Shown here in pieces: positions 25,930-36,400 of a stretch of 64,000 bases of DNA. Each line of letters opens with the position of its first letter. The first letter of the stretch is position 1. The translations under genes and the position numbers were made by a program. The notes below the pieces were generated by a model. It saw only the letters and a program-made list of their open reading frames with translations. It had not been told where the DNA came from and did no database searches. Source of the stretch: Malacoraja senta (taxonomy: Eukaryota); NCBI GenBank assembly GCA_038087875.1, contig CM075985.1:39370001-39434000 (forward strand). The letters run 5' to 3'.

Positions 25930-27326
25930 GTGATTGGCTCCACTGTTCCCGGCAGTGATTGGTGGAGCGTTGCTGCGTGTGATTGGTGGAGCGTTGCTGT
26001 GTGTGATTGGTGGAGTTTTGCTGCGTGTGATTGGTGTAGTGTTGCTGCTGTGTGATTGGTGTAGGGTTGCTGCCTGTGATTGGTGTAGAGTTGCTGCGTG
26101 TGATTGGTGTAGAGTTGCTGCCTGTGATTGGTGTAGAGCTGCTGCTGTGTGATTGGTGTAGGGTTGCTGCCTGTGATTGGTGTAGAGTTGCTGCCTATGA
26201 TTGGTGGGGAGTTGCTGCTGTGTGATTGGTGGGGAGTTGCTGCCTGTGATTGGTGTAGAGTTGCTGCTGTGTGATTGGTGGGGAGTTGCTGCCTGTGATT
26301 GGTGTAGAGTTGCTGCCTGTGATTGGTGTAGCGTTGCTTCCTGTGTGATTGGTGTAGCGTTGCTGCCTGTGATTGGTGGGGAGTTGCTTCCTGTGATTGG
26401 TGTAGAGTTGCTGCCTGTGATTGGTGTAGGGTTGCTGCTGTGTGATTGGTGGGGAGTTGCTGCCTGTGATTGGTGTAGAGTTGCTGCTCTGTGATTGGTG
26501 TAGAGTTGCTGCCTGTGAATGGTGTAGATTTGCTGCTGTGTGATTGGTGTAGGGTTGCTGCCTGTGATTGGTGTAGAGTTGCTGCTGTGTGATTGGTGGG
26601 GAGTTGCTGCCTGTGATTGGTGGGGAGTTGCTGCCTGTGATTGGTGTAGAGTTGCTGCCTGTGATTGGTGGGAAGTTGCTTCCTGTGATTGGTGTAGAGT
26701 TGCTGCCTGTGATTGGTGTAGCGTTGCTGCCTGTGTGATTGGTGTAGCGTTGCTGCCTGTGATTGGTGGGGAGTTGCTTCCTGTGATTGGTGTAGTGATG
26801 CTGCCTGTGATTGGTGTAGGGTTGCTGCTGTGTGATTGGTGTAGCGTTGCTGCCTGTGATTGGTGTAGCGTTGCTTCCTGTGATTGGTGTAGTGTTGCTT
26901 CCTGTGATTGGTGTAGTGTTGCTGCCTGTGATTGGTGTAGTGTTGCTGCCTGTGATTGGTGTAGCGTTGCTTCCTGTGATTGGTGTAGTGTTGCTGCCTG
27001 TGATTGGGATAGGGTTGCTGCTGTGTGATTGGTGTAGCGTTGCTTCCTGTGATTGGTGTAGTGTTGCTGCCTGTGATTGGTGTAGGGTTGCTGCTGTGTG
27101 ATTGGTGTAGCGTTGCTGCCTGTGATTGGTGTAGGGTTGCTGCTGTGTGATTGGTGTAGCGTTGCTTCCTGTGATTGGTGTAGCGTTGCTGCCTGTGATT
27201 GGTGTAGGGTTGCTGCTGTGTGATTGGTGTAGCGTTGCTTCCTGTGATTGGTGTAGCGTTGCTGCCTGTGATTGGTGTAGGGTTGCTGCTGTGTGATTGC
27301 TGTAGCGTTGCTTCCTGTGATTGGTG
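25930..27326 (+). repeat. Promoter-proximal minisatellite, ~58 units of 24-26 bp, consensus TGTAGNGTTGCTGCCTGTGATTGG
   Basis: Hand count of 56 intact TGATTGG plus two variants (TGAATGG, TGATTGC). The last ATTGG is at 27320-27324, 16 nt before the TATA-like element. Confidence 0.97.
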
Positions 27327-27340
27327 TGCTCTGCCAGCCC

Positions 27341-27348
27341 TATTTAAA
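27341..27348 (+). promoter_or_regulatory. TATA-like box (TATTTAAA) of the class II beta gene
   Basis: Lies between the Y-box array and the ATG at 27397, at the start of a CpG-rich segment covering exon 1. Confidence 0.65.
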
Positions 27349-27396
27349 CTGCTGCAGACGCGGTTCCGCAGTTTCGCGGGAGCCCAGTGAGTGGTG

Positions 27397-27493
27397 ATGA
27401 GTGACTGCGCCGTCCAGCTCCGTGCCCTGTGGCTCAGGCTCCCTCTCCTCATCTGTGCCGCGCTGCTCCATGGACAGAAGGATGCCGGAGTCG
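27397..27493 (+). CDS. mhc2dab: MHC class II beta exon 1 (signal peptide)
   Basis: ATG at 27397, hydrophobic leader [16 protein letters not shown], strong phase-1 donor G|GTGAGT at 27494 compatible with exon 2, TATA-like element 49 nt upstream and Y-box array above it. Lower confidence because it lies 23 kb from exon 2. Confidence 0.82.
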
Positions 27494-30400
27494 GTGAGTA
27501 CCGGGGCCGGATCAGGGAAGGCCACTCGGCCCGTCGTCTCTGTGACAGATCCCCACAGTACATTCCTATCCCAGCGCCGTGCCGGGTTACGGCGCCCTCC
27601 TGCAGCCCCGACTGACCCCGCTTCCACCTGGGGCTCGGTGAGCCGGTTCTATTGTGAGGTGTGGATGGGCTGAGAGTGGAGAAAGTTCGGTAAAAGATAA
27701 GAGGGAACCCGTCCCACCATGAAATTGGGTTATGGCTGATCTACAGTGCCCTCCATAATGTTTGGGACAAAGACCCATCATTGATTTATTTGCATCTGTA
27801 CTACACAATTTGAGATTTGTAATAGAAAAAAACCACATGTGGTTAAATGCACATTGTCAGATTTTAATAAAGGGTATTTTTACACATTTTGGTTTCACCA
27901 TGTAGAAATTACAGCAGTGTTTATACATAGTCCCCTATTTCAGGACACCATAATGTTTGGTACACACCAATGTCATGTAAATGAAAGTAGATATGTTTAG
28001 TTTGTGTTGCATATACTTTGCATGCAATGACTGCTTGAAGTCTGCGATTCATGGACATCACCAGTTGCTGCATCACACAGGCAGCATCTCTGGTGATGCT
28101 CTGCCGGGCTTGTATTACAGCCACCTTTAGCTTCTGCTTGTTTTGGGGGCTAGTCCCCTTCAGTTTTCCCTTCAGCATATAAAAGGCATGCTCAATTGGA
28201 TTCAGATCAGGTGATTGACTTGGCTACTCAAGAATTGACCATTTTTTAGCTTTGAAAAACTCCTTTGTTGCTTTGGCAGTATGTTTAGGATCGTTGTCTT
28301 TCTGTAGAATGAACTGCCGGCTAATGAGTTTTGAGGCATTTGTTTGAACTTGAGCAGATAGATTGTGTCTATACACTTCAGAATTCATTATGCTACTACC
28401 ATCAGCAGTTGTATCATCAATGAAGATAAGTGAGCCAGTACCTTTAGCAGCTATACATGCCCAGGCCATAACACCCCCACCACTGTTTCACAGATGAGGT
28501 GGTATGCTGTGGATCTTGGGCAGTTACTTCTCTCCTCCATACTTTGCTCTTGCCATCACTCTGATACATTTTTTAGGAAGGAACTGCAGATGCTGGAAAA
28601 ATCAAAAGTAGACTAAAAGTGCTGGAGAAACTCAGTGGGTGAGGCAGCATCTATGGAGAAAAGGAGTTCATTGCCAGTGAGGACCAGCGGAAATTGGAGG
28701 AACAGTACCTCATATTTTTCTTAGGTAGGTTACACCCCAGCGGTATGAACATTGACCTCTAATTTCAGGTAGTCCTTGCTTCCTTCCTCTTTCCCCTCCC
28801 CCTTCCCAGCCCTCCCACATAACCTACTGTCTCTGACTCTTCCTTTCTTTTTCCCGGCCCCCCCACCCCGACATCAGTGTGAAGAAGGGTCTCGAGCCGA
28901 AATGTCACCTACTCCTTTTCTCCATAGATATTGCCTCTAAGTTTCTCTGAGTTTCTCCAGCATTTTTTGTCTAATTTCACTCGGATACAAGTTAATCTTC
29001 ATCTAATCTGTCCACAAGACCTTTTTCCAAAACTGGTTGTTCTTTTAAGTACTTCTTGGCAAATTTTTACTTGGCCATCCTATTTTTGCAGCTAACCAGT
29101 CAGTGGTTTGCATCTTGCAGTGTAGGCTCAGTATTTCTGTTCATGAAGTCTTCTGCGGACAGTGGTCACTGACAAATCCACACCTGACTCCTGAAGTGTT
29201 TCTGATTTGTTGGACAGGTGTTTGGGGTTTTTGCTTTATTATAGAGAGAATTCTTATGTCATCAGCTGTGGAGGTGTTCCTTGGCCTGCCAGTCCCTTTG
29301 CAATTAGTAAGCTCACCAGTACTCTCTTCTTCTTGATGATGTTCCAAACAGTTGATTTTGGTAAACCTACGGTTTGGCTGATGTCTCCAACAGTTTTATT
29401 CTTGTTTCTCAGTCTCATAATGGCTTCTTTGACTTTAATTGGCACAACTTTGGTCCTCGTGTTGATAAACAGCAATCAAAGTTTCCAAAGCTGATGGAAA
29501 GACTGGAGGAAAGACTAGGTGCTGTGAGCTCTCTTATACCTGCATTTAAACACACCTGAGCAATTACAAACACCCATGAAGACCTGTCCCAAACATTATG
29601 GTTCCCTGAAATGGGGGGACTTTGTATAAACACAGCTGTGAAACCAAATGTTTCACAGGTGAAATAAAAATGTCCGTTATTAAAATCTGACAACGTGCAC
29701 TTTAACCGTATGTGATTTTTTTTTCTATTAGAAATCTCAAATTGTGTAGTACAGAGGCAAATAAATAAATGAGTCTTTGTCCCAAACATTAGGGCACTGT
29801 ATCCCTACGTTATTTAATTTTCCTGTCATTTCCTTGAGGGCCTGTCCCACTTGGGCATCATTTGCGCATCATTTACGTGACATCATTTACGCATCATGGT
29901 GCACGTTACGAGTGCATGGTGCGTGGTGATGTAGGCAGTGACGCACAGTCGCGAGCGGCGCCACAGGATTTTGGGATTCACAAAATCTTCGTGCGCCACC
30001 TGCGTGACGCCCAAGTGGGACAGGCCCTTTAGATCCCCGATCAGTCCAGCAACGTATTGCAGTATCCTGAATGAACTCATCTCTGGGTGAAGGCATTTTC
30101 TGTCATCTCTGTCTCGTGTAAATTTATTCTGAGACGGACCTCTCATTTCTAGATTCCATGTTTTGCATCCAGTCTGTTAAACCCAGTTGTGATTGTATAA
30201 ATCCGAGCGTCTTCTCTCTAGACATGTTAGATTAATGCCAGTTTCCTATTTTCTTGCCGTTTGATAAGTGTGGTTACATTTGTAACTCTCTGATCCTGGG
30301 GATCAATTCCAGAATTGATGTTAATTGGAACGTCCATTATGTCTGCAGACAATTATTTCAGAACTCTGATGGATAAATGGCCTCTTGGTTTCAAAGTCAA

Positions 30401-33400
30401 TTTTATTCGTCACATGCACCCGGAGGTACCGTGAAATGAATTTGCCAGCAGCGATACACTTAAAAGAACACACAATACACAATAAAATTTAACACAAACA
30501 TCCACCACAGCATTCTTCACTGTGGTGGAAGGCAACAAAGTTCAGTCAGTCCTCCTCCTTTGTTCACCCGTGGTCGGGGCATGAACCCTCCATAGTCACC
30601 GCTGCAGACAGCCCGATGTACAGGCCCTCTCGTCGGGATGATCAAAACTCCGATTTCGGGACGGTCAAACACACTCCGTGGCTTGGAGGTCCCGAATCGG
30701 CACTTTACTACCGGAGACCGCGGCTCCAGGATGTTATAAGCTGTGGGCCGGTGGTCGGAGCTCCTCTCTAGCGATCCCGGCAAGGGATCGCAGGCTCCGG
30801 ATGGTAAGTCCATACAAGACACACCAAGAGACACCTAAACTAACATTAGACACACCAAAAAAAACAAAAGTCGAAATAACGAACACGCTGCTAGCAGCGC
30901 CCCCACCGACTAACCTATAGTTTTCAGTAATATATATGAAAAATGTTTTATCATTTGCAAGAAATATGTTACGTAAATGTTGAGGGATTGCTGAGCTTCG
31001 TCTGCATGCACATACTATGAGGGGGCGTCATGTTTTATGAGGCTATTATTCAGATGCAATAGTAACTGGAAAAGATAACAATATTATTTTTGCAAGAGTT
31101 GCATCATAAAACAGTCCTTCAGGATTGATGGTAATTACTTAAGGGTTTGAACTGGTCTTTTACTCTATGTTCTGGCATGTTTTGAATCTGATGCAAATCT
31201 GTTCTAATTAACTAATCTTGTGTAAGATCTGCATGAGCCTTGGCTAATTAACCTAACAGTCCAGCTTCTGTGATCTTGGCTGCCATTGTTTCCAATTTGT
31301 GGAAACTTTACATTGTGGACAGTTCTTGAAATCAGTGTCTACACTTAAACAGAGCAGACAAAATGTTGGAGTAACTCAGCGGGACTGCAGTATCTCTGGA
31401 GAGAAGGAATGGGTGACGTTTCTGGTTGAGACTCTTCAGAAGTTTCTCGACCTGAAACGTCACCCATTCCTTCTCTCCAGAGATGCTGCCTGTACCACTG
31501 AGTTACTCCAGCATTTTGTGCCTAACTTTGATATAAACCAGCATCTGCAGTTCTTTCCTACATACTTAAACAGAGCAGTTCTTCTGCCCAGGTGAAGGTG
31601 ATCAGGGTTAATTTCTGTGCTGACTTTTCTGTGGTTCTGCATGGGAGGCTGCTCTGGTAGGTTAGATTGTATGGGATCCAAGCAGAGATAACTGAATGGA
31701 TGGCAAATTGGCTCCATGGAAGGAAGCAGAGGGTGATGGTGGAAGGTTGCTTCTCGGACTGGAGGCGTGTGACCAGTGGTGTGCCTCAGGGTTCGGTGCT
31801 GGGCCCGTTACTGTTTGTCATTTATATCAATGATTTGGATGAGAACATACAGAGCAAAATTAGCAATTTTGCTGATGATACAAAAGTGAGTGGTTTTGCA
31901 GATCGTGAAGATGGTTGTGAAACAATTGCAGCAGGATCTGGATCAATTGGCCAGGTGGGCGGAGGAATAGTTGATGGAATTTAATACAGGGAAGTGTGAG
32001 GTGTTGCATTTTGTGACGTCGAACAAGGGCAGGACCTACACACTGAATGGTAGGCCTCTGGGTAGTGTTGTAGAACAGAGGGATCTAGGAGTACAGGTGC
32101 ATGGTTCCATGAAGGTCGAGTCGCAGGTAGATAAGGTGGTCAAAAGGTATTTGGGCTCATTGGCCTTCATCTGTCAGTCTTGCCCCAAGGATGCTGTACC
32201 AGAGTTTTGACGTGTAGCACCTAGTCCTGAGGCAGATGTGGGACTTGGATTATTTGATGGATAGGGCAGGTGTACATAGGTGCATAGTTTGAGGTAGTGT
32301 GCACCTTCCTCTTTATGCTGAGTTCTGTGTGTTCCAGATGTATGGGTTCAAGGTTCTTATTCCCAACCTGAATGCTCGTTTTTCAAAAGGAGCATGTGAA
32401 TTCCATGACAATGGAGAGGGGCTTTTCAATATTGAGTAACTGAAGACAGTGGGAGAGCAACCGTCTTGCTGGAAAAATGAAAATGAACTTTAAAAACCTG
32501 TGGGGGAAAAAGTGGGAGTTTTTTTAGTTCAGTGTTGCTAATTGAGGAGTTGCGACTTGGATCAAAGTAGGCACCCAATTGGCTGAGCAAGAGAAATAGT
32601 AGCGAACAAGAGGAAGGCAAGGTGTAGCTGAGTGGCCATGTTCAGGGGAAGTGAGGAAATGTGCAACTTGAGACTTTGTTTAGAGGTTTTGGATGGTTTT
32701 GGAGAGGCCAGGGCTGGGAACGGAATATTCAAGGATATACATCCTATGGAAAAGACAGACAGGTAGGCAGAGAGGGTGGGGTAGCTCTGTTGGTGAGGAA
32801 TGAAATTCAGTCCCTTGCAAGGGGTGACATTGAAACCGGAGAGGTGGAGTCAGTATGGATAGAACTAAGGAATTGTAAGGGTAAAAAGACCCTATTGGGA
32901 CTTATCTACAGGCCCCAAATTAGTAGCCTGGATATAGGGTGCAAGTTGATTCAAGAGATAAAATTGGCATGTCGTAAAGGTAATGGTACGGTTGTTATGG
33001 GAGATTTCAACATGCAGGTAGACTGGGGAAATCAGATTGGCACTGGACCCCAAGAAAGGGAGTTTGTGGAGTGCCTCCGTGATGGATTCTTAGAGCAACT
33101 TGTACTGGAGCCTGAAGGTAGACAAAAGTGCTGGAGAACTTTTGAAATTAGACTACCTGAAATTAGAGTTTTGAAATTTGAGACTACCTGAAATTAGCGA
33201 AGTCAATGTTCATACCACTGGGGTGCAAACTGCCCAAGCAAAATATGAGGTGCTGCTCCTCCAATTTACAGTGGGACTCACTCTGGCCATGGAGGAGGCC
33301 GAGGACAGAAAGGTCGGATTCGGAATGGGAGGGGGAGTTGAAGTGCTGAGCCACCGGGAGATCAGGTTGGTTATTGCGAACCGAGCGGAGGTGTTGGGCG

Positions 33401-36400
33401 AAGCGATTGCCAAGCCTGCGCTTGGTCTCACCGATGTAGAGCAGCTGACACCTAGAGCAGCGGATGCAATAGAATCTTTGCTCCACGGATGTCTCCCTCC
33501 TCCAAACGTCAGCCTGAATTATAATGTCTCGCCCCCCATTGCCTACTGACTGACGTCTCTCTCGTCCAATCAGAGCCCTCGATCATCAGTCCCACCCCCA
33601 CTGTCTCGCGGAAAGCAGAGATTTCACCGAGTTTTAAAATCCAGATTACAAAAAAATGGGGGGGGGGGGGGTAGTCCCCCACCTCTCAAAACGGGGGGGG
33701 GGGGGGGGGCATGTGTTGCCTTCTCCCTGGAGCCTAAGGAGGTTTTAAGGAGCCATTAGGAGGTAGTGACCATAATATTGTAAGTTTTAATCTACAATTT
33801 GAGAGGGAGAATGGTAAATCGGAGTTGTCAGTGTTACAGTTGAACAAAGGGGACTATGGAGCCATGAAGGAGGAGCTGGCCAAAGTTGACTGGAAAGATG
33901 CCCTACGGCAGGGCCGGAAATCCCGGGAGGGGGCCAGGGGGGGGACACGTTCCCCCCCTGTTTTGAGAGGTGGGGGACGATCCCCCCATTTTTTTGTAAT
34001 CCGGATTTTAAATCTCGGTAAAATCTCCGCTTTCCGCGAGACAGTGGGGGTGGGAATGATGATCGAGGGCGCCGATTGGACGAGAGAGACGTCAGTCAGT
34101 AGGCAATGGGGGACAGGACATTATAATTCAGCGCGACGTTTGGAGGAGGGAGACGTCCGTGGAGCAAAGATCATAGAGCGGAGCTTGAATTGCATGCCCA
34201 GGTCATAGGGTCACAAGCGAAAAACACTCTCTGCAGCAGCCCTGGACACAGACCTGCGCCTCATCCGCAGCCAGGATCGATCCCGGGTCTCCGGCGCTGC
34301 AATCGCTGCCGAACCACCACTGGACCATCCCCGTCCCCACCTGAGCGCCCCATGCCCGGGGGTGGCCAGAGACGTCGGGAGTCAGACGGGAGCGGTGCCC
34401 CCAGGCCCACAGCCAGCGCAGAGAAGCAGCGCTAAACCCAGCTCAACTCTGCCTGTCCCGCCGGGTTAACCTACAGCCCTGCCTGGACTTACGGGAACGA
34501 CGGCCCAGGTTTACAGCCAGCACGGAGAAGCAGCGCTAGCTCCACGACTCCGGACTGGTGTCCAGCTCAACTGTGCCTGTCTTGCCGGTTAACCTACAGC
34601 CCTACCTGGACTGACGGGACACCGGTCCGGAGCCATGGAGCTAGCGCTGCTTCTCCGTGCTGGCCGTAATTGCCGTCCACAGGGCCCACGGCTGAAGCCT
34701 CGTGTGCGGCCGCCAAGAAATTGTGTCTCCCCCCCCACCCCCACCCCATGATTTGATAGCGATTTCCGTGCCTGCCCTACAGTGGAACAACAATGGCAGG
34801 TGGAACAACAATGGGAATAATACAGAAGGTGCAGGATCAGTTCATTCCAAAGAGGAAGAAAGATTCCAAGGGGAGTAAGGGGCGACCGTGGCTGACAAGG
34901 GAAGTCGGGGACAGTATAAAAATAAAAGAGAAGAATTACAACATAGCAAAGATGAGCAGGAAGCCAGAGGATTGGGGAACGTTTAAAGAGCAACAGAAGA
35001 TAACTAAAAAGGCAATACGGGAAGAAAAGATGAGGTACGAAGGTAAGCTGGCCAAGAATATAAAGGAGGATAGTAAAAGCTTCTTTAGGTATGTGAAGGG
35101 GAAAAAATTAGTTGAGACCAAAATTGGACCCTTGAAGACTGAAACAGGTGAATTTATTAAGGGGAACAAGGAAATGGCAGATGAGTTGAACAGGTACTTT
35201 GGATCCATCTTCACTAAGGAGGACACAAATAATCTTCCTGATATAGTAGTGGCCAGAGGATCTCGGGTGACGGAGGAACTGAAGGAAATCCACATTAGGC
35301 AGGAAATGGTGTTGGGTAGACTGATGGGACTGAAGGCTGATAAATCCCCAGGGCCTGATGGTCTGCATCCCAGGGTACTTAAGGAAGAGGCTCTAGAAAT
35401 TGTGGACGCATTGGTGTTCATTTTCCTATGTTCTATAGATTCAGGATCAGTTCCTGTGGATTGGAGGGGAGCTAATGTTATCCCACTTTTTAAGAAAGGC
35501 AGGAGAGAGAAAACGGAATTATAGACCAGTTAGCTTGACATCGGTGGTGGGGAAGATGCTGGAGTCAATCATAAAAGATGAAATAGCGGCACATTTGGAT
35601 AGCAGTAACATAATCGGTCCGAGTCAGCATGGATTTACGAATGCTTGACTAATCTTCTGGAATTTTTTGAGGATGTAACTAGGAAAATGGACAAGGGAGA
35701 GCCAGTGGATGTAGTGTACCTGGACTTTCAAAAAGCATTTGATAAGGTCCCACATATGAGATTAGTGGGCAAAATTAGGGCACATGGTATTGGGGTTGGA
35801 GTACTGACATGGATAGAAAATTGGTTGGCAGACAGGAAACAAAGAGTATGGATTAACGGGTCATTTTCAGAATGGCAGGCAGTGACGAGTGGGGTACCGC
35901 AAGGCTCGGTGCAGGGATCGCAGCTATTTATAATATACATCAATGATTTAGATGAAGGGATTCAAAGTAACATTAGCAAATTTGCAGATGAGACAAAGCT
36001 GAGTGATAGTGTGAACTGTGAGGAGGATGCTATGAGAATGCAGGGTGACTTGGACAGGTTGGGTGAGTGGGCAGATGCATGGCAGATGCAGTTTAATGTG
36101 TTTATGTGAGGTTATCCACTTTGGTAGCAAAAACAGGAAGACAGATTATTATCTAAATAGTGTCAAATTCGGAAAAGGGGAAGTACAACGGGATTTAGGG
36201 GTCCTTGTTCATCAGTCAATGAAAGTAAGCATGCAGGTACAGCAGGCAGTGAAGAAAACGAATGGCATGTTGGCCTTTATAACAAGATTTGAATATCGGA
36301 GCAAAGAGGTCCTTCTGCAGTTGTACAGGGCTCTAGTGAGACCGCACCTGGAGTATTGTGTGCAGTTTTAGTCTCCTAATTTGAGTAAGGACATTCTTGC

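Noticed and set aside
25930-27326. CRISPR-like reading of the array
   Set aside because: Units are contiguous with no unique spacers, there are no cas genes, and the context is a vertebrate gene.
25920-27563. 547-aa antisense ORF overlapping exon 1 (HQSQAATL/TNHRQQ/PITGSN repeats), plus the + strand VIGV and ACDWC ORFs
   Set aside because: Translations of the 24-26-bp promoter minisatellite; low-complexity peptides in several frames with no domain or splice support.
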